Below, piece by piece: positions 36,943-45,409 of a stretch of 64,000 bases of DNA. The position numbers and the translations under genes were made by a program. Numbering within the stretch: the first letter of the stretch is position 1; each line of letters opens with the position of its first letter. Source of the stretch: an uncultured Chloroflexia bacterium (GTDB lineage: Bacteria > Chloroflexota > Chloroflexia > Thermomicrobiales > UBA6265); assembly GCA_963724295.1 (NCBI GenBank), contig CAVRUC010000008.1:64001-128000 (forward strand), in the 5' to 3' direction. The notes under the pieces were generated by a model. It was not told the origin of the DNA. It did not search any database and was given only the letters and a program-made list of their open reading frames with translations.

Positions 36943-37329
36943 TCACCGGCTCGGCCGCCGGTGAAAGTGCACCTGGCGGCAGTTCGGCGCATCACCCCGC
37001 TCCATGGCGAGCACGGCCCGGCTCCATACGCGGTCTATTGCGTCCTGGCTCAGATCGTCCCCAAGCACATGAACCTCGCGCTGACTGCCTCGGACAAAGT
37101 GAATGTGGTGGGAGCGATAGAGCGTGCCCGCATTCCCGGCCACGAGGACCATCTCCACCACATAGGCAACCCCCATGTGATCGCAGCGCAGCACCTCGAT
37201 ATCCCGAAACGCCGGCCGCCACGGCTCCCGCCCTTCGTCGCCATGCACGAAACATTCGCTCCGGCGCGTCTGGTGGGTCAATCCTTTATCGCCAGCGGTA
37301 ATGGCATCGGTGGCGAGACCGCCAGACAT
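36943..37329 (-). CDS. Hypothetical protein (in frame with the upstream ORF across one TAG)
   Basis: ORF track. Protein-like, no recognised motif. Confidence 0.45.
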   Translation of the reverse strand: MSGGLATDAITAGDKGLTHQTRRSECFVHGDEGREPWRPAFRDIEVLRCDHMGVAYVVEMVLVAGNAGTLYRSHHIHFVRGSQREVHVLGDDLSQDAIDRVWSRAVLAMERGDAPNCRQVHFHRRPSR

Positions 37330-37332
37330 CCC

Positions 37333-37644
37333 CTACTCGCTCCAGACCCAGCCGACATCCTTGACGCGATGCACGGGCACCCAACGGTTGTCACGCCAGG
37401 CTAGCCACGTCGAGCCATGGCGCTTTGGCCGCACGGGACGAACGTCGCCTGGGAGCGGTTGCCCCACCTGAGTCGGTTCCTCTCGATGCAACAGCGACGT
37501 CAGCTGCTCGACCCGGTCCTGGACCCCGTCCACGATGGCATGACCGGCTTCGCTGACCCGTTCGGCGGCATCTGAAACGCGATCGATCAACCGCTCGGCG
37601 ATATTCTGGGCACCTTCATCGTCGGCACTTCGATCCTTGGTCAT
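37333..37644 (-). CDS. Hypothetical protein
   Basis: ATG 37644 with strong GGAGGAG RBS. Amphipathic helical N-half. Confidence 0.6.
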   Translation of the reverse strand: MTKDRSADDEGAQNIAERLIDRVSDAAERVSEAGHAIVDGVQDRVEQLTSLLHREEPTQVGQPLPGDVRPVRPKRHGSTWLAWRDNRWVPVHRVKDVGWVWSE

Positions 37645-37860
37645 GGTCAGCTCCTCCACGTATGACGCGGCTTCAGTCGCGGGCCAGGCATCATCGGGAT
37701 CCAATCAGGCGGACGGCGGCCGCTTGCGGCTGCTCGATGGCAAATGGCCTGGCGAGCAAGACGGCGCGGTTCGAAGTAGACATCGTGTCTCGGGCGCGAA
37801 TCCAGTCGCCAGCGATCTTGAGGTTGATTGACAGACTCAAGTTCCGCTGCGCACTGTGCA

Positions 37861-38088
37861 CTACGTCGAGCTCGGTCCCTTCGCCTGCATGTCCTGAGCC
37901 AGCGCCGCCGTGGCGTCGATCTCCTGATCGATGCGGTCGAGGTGGTTCTCGACCTCAGCCGGGGCGATGACCCCCAGCCGCAGGCGGAGTCGCAGTGACC
38001 CGACGTGGAGTTTCATCGCGGTCAGGCGATCCAGGACGCGGTGAGCAAAACCAGCAGCGCCACCGCTAGAGGCAGGTTGTTCCACCAC
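37861..38088 (-). CDS. Small stand-alone HisKA/DHp-like helical hairpin protein
   Basis: AGFAHRVLDRLTAMKLHVGSL...HLDRIDQEIDATAALAQD resembles an H-box helix pair. AGGGG RBS, and a TAGAAT -10 at 38152-38147. Confidence 0.55.
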   Translation of the reverse strand: MVEQPASSGGAAGFAHRVLDRLTAMKLHVGSLRLRLRLGVIAPAEVENHLDRIDQEIDATAALAQDMQAKGPSST

Positions 38089-38272
38089 TGATTCCCCTGA
38101 TCCCGTATCGCGCGTCTTCCCGTTCCCAATGTCGCCATTCTAGTGGGGGCGTGCTCCGGCGGCCAGATGATCCGGAATGAGGCGTCGCAACTCCAGAGCT
38201 TTAGACTTGGAATGCGACGGGTTGCCTGTACCATAGAGACCCGCGGACAGGCGGCAAGCCGAGAGGGACGAC

Positions 38273-38707
38273 GTGGATCCATCAGCCGGTCCCAGTGAGG
38301 CGCGCGAGGAAGGACAAGGACCCGCACCGACCGACAAAGGTCCAGCGCGCCAGCGCGCCGAGCCCGGCAACGTTGCTGGGGGCTCGCCCAGGCGCCCACC
38401 CCAGGACACTCGCCGAAAGCGCGCCAACGAGCAGCGCTACGCGGGCTGGGGAGACGGGATCGAGCGCGTCTTTTGTATCCGGGCCGAGCAGCTTCTTCCG
38501 GAAACCTTTCCTGTCGCATCCCATGCCGGCGCCGCCACTATTCCAGCCACCATCGTGGCGCGGCGCCCCGACGCACTCTTACTCTGCACGTTCAGTCACC
38601 ACGGACCGCACAGCTGGCCCGACGGCGAGCTCGTTGCCGATGGACCGGTCATGGTCGCCACAACCGCCGAGAGCGCGGAGGATTCGGTCCGCTCTCAACC
38701 CGAATAG
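38273..38707 (+). CDS. Hypothetical protein
   Basis: GTG with GAGAGGGA upstream. No motif recognised. Confidence 0.35.
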   Translation: MDPSAGPSEAREEGQGPAPTDKGPARQRAEPGNVAGGSPRRPPQDTRRKRANEQRYAGWGDGIERVFCIRAEQLLPETFPVASHAGAATIPATIVARRPDALLLCTFSHHGPHSWPDGELVADGPVMVATTAESAEDSVRSQPE

Positions 38708-38730
38708 ACGTGCTTGGGATACGCGAACAC

Positions 38731-38811
38731 AAAAGCTGACGGTCCGGGGAGGGAAGGGGGAGCCGGACCGCCAGTCAGGGGGCTAGCCGGGTTGTTGGGA
38801 TCCGAACTAGC
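38731..38811 (-). ncRNA. Candidate small RNA, two hairpins with C-rich loops
   Basis: Predicted +1 at G38811. Hairpin 1 GCUAGUUCGG-AUCCCAACAAC-CCGGCUAGC. Hairpin 2 CUGGCGGUCCGG-CUCCCCCUUCCCUCC-CCGGACCGUCAG, then CUUUUGUGUU. Confidence 0.7.
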
Positions 38812-38817
38812 ACGTGC

Positions 38818-38846
38818 ATTCTATGCCAGACAGTCACAGGTTTCAA
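38818..38846 (-). promoter_or_regulatory. Near-consensus sigma70 promoter for the candidate sRNA
   Basis: TTGAAA(38846-38841)-N17-TAGAAT(38823-38818). Confidence 0.8.
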
Positions 38847-38867
38847 GCCGAAACGACTCAGGTCTCT

Positions 38868-40124
38868 CTATTTCACCATCCGCACCCGACTACCGAGTGT
38901 GGGCGACGCGGTCTCGACGACCCAGCGCCGGAGCCCCTCGGCGTGCTCTTCGAAATCAGCCGCGCGCCCGAACAGCCACTCCTGGGTGCGAACATCGTCC
39001 GGCATGGCGCGGGCCGCCCTGGCGAGCGTATTGCTCGCCTTGGCCAGCTCGTCCAGCGTCCGCGACCAGTCCTGCCGAGCGCGAGCGGCGACGCTTGCCG
39101 CGTTGAATCCTTCCACCTTGTAGACCGCGTCGGGAAGCGTCGGATCGGCGGCGATGAGGCGCAGCCGGCGCGCGGCTTCCCATTCCCAACCGGCGCAGTG
39201 GGCGACGACTTCGCGCACGGACCACGTCCCGCAGGCGCCGGGGCGCTCGCGCAGCTCTGCCGGAATCGCGTCGAGCAGCGCGACGAACTCGAGCACCGAT
39301 TGCGCCCAACGCGTATACGCGTCGACCGGTTGCTGCTCAGGACGCGTGGGCTCCGTCTCTGTCGACCCACGGCCATCCTGGGGGCTTGCGGCCTTTTCGG
39401 CGGGAACATGCCACGTTCGTTTGGCGTCGAGCGGGGCCATGCTGGCGCTTGTCTCTGGCATGGGAGGCGGCGTCGCGGCCATACCAAGCACCACGGCACG
39501 GCAGGCAAAGGCATCGGCGGCGGCACGATGGCCGCCTGGTTCGGCGCCGAAGGCGAGTACGGCGCGCTCCAGCTTCTGGAAGCGGTACCAGCGCTTGCCC
39601 GAATCCCAATTTCCGTAGAAGCCAGCGTACTTGCGCATCGCGCACTCCCAGTCCGCGGCTGGCGCGGCCAGGTCATAGCGCTCACACGCCTGGTTGACCA
39701 TCTGGCGATCGAAAATGACGTTGTAGACAATGATGCGCCGGCCAGCCAGCACCCGCAGCAGATCTTCATAGAGGTCGCACCATGCCGGTGCGTCCTTTAC
39801 ATCCGCGTTGGTAATCCCGTGGACCCGGGTGGCATCGGCCGGAATGCGCCGGGTTGGCTGCACCAGCGACTCCAGCAGCACCTCGCCGGCGGCGCTGACC
39901 GCGGCAATGTCGACGATCTCAGCGCGTGGACCGAACCCGGTGGTCTCCGTGTCGAGATAGATGACCCGGGGATCATCCATAACTCCGGCCGCCCAGGCGA
40001 TCGCCTTGGCGCGTGCTTCATCCCACCGTCGCTGGACATGCTCGTCGGCGAGGGTCGCGTCAGTACCGGGCGGCTCCCACCGCCACGATCGCGCCCGCCG
40101 CAGGGCCCTCCGGTTCCCCTTCAA
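38868..40124 (-). CDS. DEDDh 3'-5' exonuclease fused to a DinB/MDMPI_N-like domain
   Basis: YLDTETTG, VHGIT, YNVIFD, HRAAADA. Pro-rich linker. Then RPGACGTWSVREVVAHCAGWE...EEHAEGL. Probable TTG start. Confidence 0.85.
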   Translation of the reverse strand: MKGNRRALRRARSWRWEPPGTDATLADEHVQRRWDEARAKAIAWAAGVMDDPRVIYLDTETTGFGPRAEIVDIAAVSAAGEVLLESLVQPTRRIPADATRVHGITNADVKDAPAWCDLYEDLLRVLAGRRIIVYNVIFDRQMVNQACERYDLAAPAADWECAMRKYAGFYGNWDSGKRWYRFQKLERAVLAFGAEPGGHRAAADAFACRAVVLGMAATPPPMPETSASMAPLDAKRTWHVPAEKAASPQDGRGSTETEPTRPEQQPVDAYTRWAQSVLEFVALLDAIPAELRERPGACGTWSVREVVAHCAGWEWEAARRLRLIAADPTLPDAVYKVEGFNAASVAARARQDWSRTLDELAKASNTLARAARAMPDDVRTQEWLFGRAADFEEHAEGLRRWVVETASPTLGSRVRMVK

Positions 40125-40235
40125 CGACCGGTGCCTTTCCAGCCCGCCGGCAAGCAGGGTGTGCCGGCGGGATTTTCCCGCGAGGATGCTAGCATGCGGC
40201 CGCACAATCTCAACCCTTCGTTTGGAGTGCCGCTG

Positions 40236-41321
40236 ATGTCAGACAGTGAAAATCCGGTCGATTCGCGATTGGAGACGTTCATTCGCCGCATGCCAAAGGC
40301 GGAGATCCACGTCCATCTGGAAGGCTCGGTGCGCCCGGCGACGCTCCTCGAGCTCGCCCAGCGCAACGGGGTGCGGCCCCCAGCCAGCGACGAAGCCGGG
40401 CTGCGGGAGTTTTTCCGCTTCCGAGATTTCCCACATTTCATCGAGGTCTACATCGCCGTTTGCTCTTGTCTGCGTACGCCCGAGGACTTCGCGACCATCG
40501 TCCGCGAGCTGGGTGAGGACGCCGCGGCGCAGAACATCCGCTACCTCGAGATCCATTTCAACCCGGAGACGAATGTCCGCAAACGTGGTCTCGACTTCCA
40601 TCAGATGCTGGCCGGGATGAACCGGGGCCGGGCCGAAGCACGAGAGCGCTGGGGCGTGGAGATGCGCTGGATCGCCGACGGCGTGCGTGACAGCGAGACG
40701 AGCCCGTATTCGGTCACACAGACCGTCGACTGGATCACGGCGCTCTCAGCCGACGATGGTGTCGTGGCTCTGGGATTGGGCGGGAACGAGGTCGGCTATC
40801 CGCCTGCCCCGTTCGTCGCCGATTTTGCGCGCGCCAGAGCCGCGGGCCTGCACACCGTCGCGCATGCTGGTGAGACCACCGGCCACGCCACCATCTGCGA
40901 CTCCCTTGATTTCCTCGGAGTGGAGCGGATTGGGCATGGCGTGCGCGCGATCGACAATCCCGACCTCGTGGAGCGCCTCGCCCGGGACCGCGTCCCGCTC
41001 GAGCTCTGCCCGACCAGCAACCTCTGCACCGGCGTGGTGTCCAGCTTTGCGGACCACCCGTTCCGCACCTTCGACGATGCCGGCGTACTGGTGACCGTCA
41101 ATTCCGACGATCCGCCCCTCTTCGGCACGACGTTGACCGACGAGTTCCTGGTGCTGGCCCGGCACTGGGGCTATGACGCCGACGGCATCCAGCGCATCGC
41201 GCTCAACGCCGTCGACGCCGCGTTCCTCCCCAAGGATGAAAAAACGCGAATGCGAACCGAGTTCGTCGAAGAGTTCGCCCGTCTGCGGCTGGAGGTGGGG
41301 TTGCCACCGGCGGAGGTGTGA
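40236..41321 (+). CDS. add: Adenosine/adenine deaminase
   Basis: MPKAEIHVHLEGS, AHAGE, ERIGHG, LELCPTSN, VNSDDP. True start at ATG 40236, not 38814. Confidence 0.95.
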   Translation: MSDSENPVDSRLETFIRRMPKAEIHVHLEGSVRPATLLELAQRNGVRPPASDEAGLREFFRFRDFPHFIEVYIAVCSCLRTPEDFATIVRELGEDAAAQNIRYLEIHFNPETNVRKRGLDFHQMLAGMNRGRAEARERWGVEMRWIADGVRDSETSPYSVTQTVDWITALSADDGVVALGLGGNEVGYPPAPFVADFARARAAGLHTVAHAGETTGHATICDSLDFLGVERIGHGVRAIDNPDLVERLARDRVPLELCPTSNLCTGVVSSFADHPFRTFDDAGVLVTVNSDDPPLFGTTLTDEFLVLARHWGYDADGIQRIALNAVDAAFLPKDEKTRMRTEFVEEFARLRLEVGLPPAEV

Positions 41322-41337
41322 GGGCGCGCTGCGCCCC

Positions 41338-42144
41338 CTACTCCGGCGCGGCCGCGTTCAGCAGCGCCAGGTACGCGTCGGCGCTCTCCTCGCCGGTGAT
41401 CGCGCGGACCACGGTCTCGTCCAGCTCGCTGGTGAACGAGGCCAGCCCGGCCTGAATCTCTGCCGCGGTGTCGCCGATCACCGCCGTTGCTTCTGCCGGT
41501 GTACCCATTCGCGCGAAGTTCGCCGCGTAGGCGGGATAGCCGCCGTAGCGCCCCGCCTCTTGCGAGAACACCTCCCGCGCCCCGGGGCCATAGACCGTCC
41601 GCACGTAACCGAGGATCAACGGCCGGGGGCGGCCCGCCTCCCGCGCCGCCGCGGTGACGATTGCCGCCGACGGCGCCACGTACTCCGCCGTGAGCCAGTT
41701 CAAGAGCACTCCGTCCGAGCTGCTCCCCGCCGTGGCACACATGTTCGGGCCGAGCGCGCCGACGACGATCGGCGCCTCGAGCCGCTCCTGCAGCGTTGTC
41801 GCGCCCTCCCGCACCCGGGCCAGTCCTCCCTGGGGGTTTCCCGATCCGATGCCGACGATCAGCCGCTGTTGCGGCAGACCAAGCTCGTCGACACGTCGCG
41901 CAATCACGTCCGCTGGCTGCCGATCGAGCGGGATGACCCCCACACCAAGCTGGACCTGCGAGGTCACCTCCGCCGCGGCGCGCAGCGACGCCAGCCCGTC
42001 ACCGTGCGGCGTGTCATTGACCCAGAAGGTGTGGTAGCCGGCTGCTTCGGCCGCGGCAGCCAGCGTCCGGATGACATCGTGCGGCAGCGCTCCCGCCACC
42101 CCGAATCCACGCCAACCCGCGCGCCGGCCCCCGTTGGTTGTCAT
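41338..42144 (-). CDS. LLM-class flavin/F420-dependent oxidoreductase
   Basis: AAAAEAAGYHTFWVND, TSQVQLGVGVIPL, IVVGALGPNM, DGVLLNW. Confidence 0.85.
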   Translation of the reverse strand: MTTNGGRRAGWRGFGVAGALPHDVIRTLAAAAEAAGYHTFWVNDTPHGDGLASLRAAAEVTSQVQLGVGVIPLDRQPADVIARRVDELGLPQQRLIVGIGSGNPQGGLARVREGATTLQERLEAPIVVGALGPNMCATAGSSSDGVLLNWLTAEYVAPSAAIVTAAAREAGRPRPLILGYVRTVYGPGAREVFSQEAGRYGGYPAYAANFARMGTPAEATAVIGDTAAEIQAGLASFTSELDETVVRAITGEESADAYLALLNAAAPE

Positions 42145-42288
42145 TTCGCCTCGACTCCTCGCTTCTGGTCACTTCACGATCAATGAGACTGACGCGACGA
42201 AGTGTCCGCGCGACGAGTGCCACTGACAACACCACCGTCCGCTGGTTGGGCAACAATCTCATCCCGGCGAGGCGATGGACCGGTCTCC

Positions 42289-42753
42289 TCAGTCTCGACC
42301 CAGGAGACGGTCGAACGAGATGGCGCCGGGTCCGGTAAGCGCCAGAGCAGCGGAGACCAGGCCCAGCAGTAGCGGGAACTCGTACCCTCCCTGGCCGTAG
42401 AACCCCTGCGGCCAGTGTGCCTTGCGCGCCGCAACCGCCATGTTGGCCGAGGCAACGAAACCGGCGGGCCGCGTTCCCAACCCGAGCGCCAGACCGAGCC
42501 CCCCTCCGAACTCAGCCAGACCGGCGAGCACGGCGGCGACCTGTGGCTCGGGGACACCCATCTGCGCGAGCATCTGAGCAAACGACTCCGGACCGCCTTG
42601 TTTGACCGCGGGGGCGAAGTTCGGACCGAGCGCCCCCGCGACGGGCTGAGGCGGTTCCTTCTCCGGGCCGCCGAAGAGCTTTGGGTAGCCATGGGCCATC
42701 AAGGTCACCCCGGCGCCCAGCCGGAGCAGCAACAGTCCCAGATCTCGTTTCAT
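42289..42753 (-). CDS. DoxX family membrane protein
   Basis: DLGLLLLRLGAG..LMAHGYPKLFG, AEFGGGLGLALGL.TR, GGYEFP, GPGAISFD. Confidence 0.92.
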   Translation of the reverse strand: MKRDLGLLLLRLGAGVTLMAHGYPKLFGGPEKEPPQPVAGALGPNFAPAVKQGGPESFAQMLAQMGVPEPQVAAVLAGLAEFGGGLGLALGLGTRPAGFVASANMAVAARKAHWPQGFYGQGGYEFPLLLGLVSAALALTGPGAISFDRLLGRD

Positions 42754-42909
42754 CACCGCCTCCTCCGCACCATGCCATGGTCCCAACGCCCAGGTCGTTG
42801 CCTCGCACGTTCAGAGGCGGGAGAGCGTCACCATGCGGGGTCGCCATGCAACTCGCGGACCACCGCCGCGCGTCAGCCGGAGGCGACAACCAGCGATTGC
42901 CTGGCTGGC

Positions 42910-43959
42910 TCAGGACGTGACCGGCTCCCGCGCGGCGGGCGGCGACCATCCCGCTGACAGCTCGAATACGCGCGCCATGTCGCCGATCATCCGCCGCCTG
43001 TCCTCCGGTTCAGGCAGGAAGGTGGTGATCATCACCTCATCCACCTGCGATTGGTCGGCGAGGTCACGGACCTGGCGGTGGACGTCCTCCGCGTCGCCGA
43101 CGAAGGAGCGCATCGGCATCGAGGCGATCATCTGCCGCTCGGCGGCCGTGAACGGGTAGCGCTTGGCCTCCTCCAGCGTCGGGTAGGCGCCCAGCTGCCC
43201 ACTGCGCAGGCGGAGCAGGAGCAGGTCGTTGATCAGGGACAGCTCACGAGCGTGCTCAGACGTCTCGCCGACGGTCACCGAGACGGTGAGGATCGACCAC
43301 GGCTCCGGGTAACGTTCGGAGGGAACGAAGGACGCCCGGTAGTCGCGCAGGGCCGGCACCGCGCCGCGGCCATTGATGTGAGCGGCAAAGGCGAAGCCCA
43401 ATCCGGTTTCGGCGGCGAGCCGGGCGCTGAAATCGCTCGACCCCAACAGCCATAACGGGGGCAGCCTGGTATCGACCGGCACCGGCCGGATCGTCCGAAA
43501 GGGGTGATCGGCGGGGAAGGCCTGGTCATCGAAAGCCAGCAACTCGGCGAGCAGTTCGGGGTAATCGTCGGCGGTCAGAGCCTCAGCGGAGCGCCGCATG
43601 GCGAATGCGGTGATGGTGTCCGTGCCGGGAGCCCGACCCAGTCCCAGGTCGATCCGTCCAGGGTGCAGCGCTTCCAACAGCCGGAAGGTCTCGGCGATCT
43701 TCAGCGGGGCGTGGTTCGGCAGCATCACACCGCCGGCTCCCACCCGCAGGCGGGAGGTCCGGCTGGCAACGTGCTCGATCATGATCTCCGGTGCCCCGCT
43801 GGCCAGCCCCGGGGAGTTGTGGTGCTCGGCGTACCAGACCCGGTGGTACCCGAGCTGGTCGGCGAGCACCGCCAGATCGACCGAGGTTCGCACGGCTTCG
43901 CCAGCCGAGGACCCCGCCACGATCGGCGTCAGGTCGAGCAGGGAAAGAGGACGGGGCAC
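42910..43959 (-). CDS. LLM-class flavin-dependent oxidoreductase (luciferase-like, YhbW group)
   Basis: LSLLDLTP, GYHRVWYAEHHN, GAGGVMLPNHAPLKIAE.F, GRIDLGLGRAPG, WLLGSS. Confidence 0.93.
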   Translation of the reverse strand: MPRPLSLLDLTPIVAGSSAGEAVRTSVDLAVLADQLGYHRVWYAEHHNSPGLASGAPEIMIEHVASRTSRLRVGAGGVMLPNHAPLKIAETFRLLEALHPGRIDLGLGRAPGTDTITAFAMRRSAEALTADDYPELLAELLAFDDQAFPADHPFRTIRPVPVDTRLPPLWLLGSSDFSARLAAETGLGFAFAAHINGRGAVPALRDYRASFVPSERYPEPWSILTVSVTVGETSEHARELSLINDLLLLRLRSGQLGAYPTLEEAKRYPFTAAERQMIASMPMRSFVGDAEDVHRQVRDLADQSQVDEVMITTFLPEPEDRRRMIGDMARVFELSAGWSPPAAREPVTS

Positions 43960-44053
43960 GAATGATCCTTTCGAGAAAAGCGGATAACGACAAAGAGCGC
44001 GGCCCCGAGTAGTGCCAGATACGCCGGGACGAAATCCGCGGCGATGGACAGAA

Positions 44054-45208
44054 TCAGCCGGCGCTCACTTGAGGCGCCACGGGCGCCGTCCCGGCGGCAT
44101 GTCGGCCTGGCAGGCGAATGAGGCGCGCCGTACGAACCCAGCCGAAGGCCCAGGTCAGGGCGACCAGGCCAAACGCGAGATTGAACATGAGGAGGATCCC
44201 GGCCTGCGACAGTGAGTAGGCGGTGATCACCTCGATCGATGCGATCCCCTGCAGGGCGACCAGGTCGAACGCCTGCGTCGTTCCGAACCCGCCCGGTGTG
44301 ACCTGCACGGTGCGGGCCAGGCCATGGGAGACGTTGACGCGCAAGAGTGTTTCCAGTGATGGCGAAACGCCAAAGGCAAGCAGCAGTGTCCCCGTGACAC
44401 CCCAGCGCAGCGCGAAAGCGAGCAGCGTCGGCACCATGACCGTAAGGATGTAGCGGCCGGGGGTGCGCAGGATTGCTCCGCCCGTGGCCATTTGCGCGAC
44501 GAACTCGCGCAGCCAGTGCCGGCCGCGCCGGAGGAGCACGACGAGCAGCGAAGCGATCAGTGCGGTCAGCAGTACCGCCGGCAAGGGCCATTCGACAAAG
44601 AAGGCCACCACCCGGTCGATAAACCCGCCCTGCTCGCCGAATCCGGCATTTGCCACCCCGAAGAGCACCAGCAGCACGGTACCAAGAGTCGTGGAGGAGA
44701 TTCCCTGCACCACCCGCGTCGCCAGGACCGCCGTGATGCTCAACGACGGGAATGCGGCCCGGTAGAGCCCGAGGACGGCGAAGCCTCCAAGCTTCGGCGG
44801 GATAATCGCGAAGATCGCGACGCCGCCCTGGACAACGCCAAGCGTCTGCCGGAACCCAATCCCCTCCTCGGGATAGGCGGCACGCAAGACGGTCCTCCAG
44901 GCGACCGCGTTCAGGCTGACCTCAGCCGCCTTCAGCGTGCAAGCCAGCATGACGAATGGCGCGGGAATACCGGCGATCAAGACCCAGATGTCGGCAAACC
45001 ACGTCCACGGGTCGAGTCCCAGGCGACCGACGAACTCGATCGACGCCACCAGGACGGCGATGCCAAGCACGACTCCTGCGGCCCAGCTCGCAATGCGCCT
45101 GGTGCCAGCCGGAAACGATGACCGCGGGCGCGCCAGGTCGATAGCACACCCTGCGGTGAGGCTTTCCGGCCCTTGCCAACTGGACTGCGATGCAGGCGAA
45201 GTCACCAT
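44054..45208 (-). CDS. Lysylphosphatidylglycerol-synthase TM / flippase-like membrane protein
   Basis: Multi-TM; AWRTVLRAA, IIPPKLGG, VTPGGFGT. Confidence 0.75.
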   Translation of the reverse strand: MVTSPASQSSWQGPESLTAGCAIDLARPRSSFPAGTRRIASWAAGVVLGIAVLVASIEFVGRLGLDPWTWFADIWVLIAGIPAPFVMLACTLKAAEVSLNAVAWRTVLRAAYPEEGIGFRQTLGVVQGGVAIFAIIPPKLGGFAVLGLYRAAFPSLSITAVLATRVVQGISSTTLGTVLLVLFGVANAGFGEQGGFIDRVVAFFVEWPLPAVLLTALIASLLVVLLRRGRHWLREFVAQMATGGAILRTPGRYILTVMVPTLLAFALRWGVTGTLLLAFGVSPSLETLLRVNVSHGLARTVQVTPGGFGTTQAFDLVALQGIASIEVITAYSLSQAGILLMFNLAFGLVALTWAFGWVRTARLIRLPGRHAAGTAPVAPQVSAG

Positions 45209-45317
45209 GTTCTCCCACGGCGAGCGGCAGCCCGGCGCCCTTGCCGAGCGATCTACCGCCGCCGGTTACTGTGCGCGCCTATTGTGCGCCGGAATGAGCT
45301 CTCCTGTCGCCTAACGG

Positions 45318-45409
45318 GGGTGATGGGTGATGGGTGATTACTCGCTCCGCTCGTGGTGGCAGGGTGTCGGGACATTCGTTCTCCCTGTCACCCCGCCACC
45401 CTGCCACCC
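45318..45409. repeat. REP-like palindromic element with GGGTGAT heptamers (copy 2)
   Basis: (GGGTGAT)x3, GGTGGCAGGGTG...CACCCTGCCACC inverted repeat. 42-bp core shared with 4948-4989 in inverted orientation. Confidence 0.8.
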
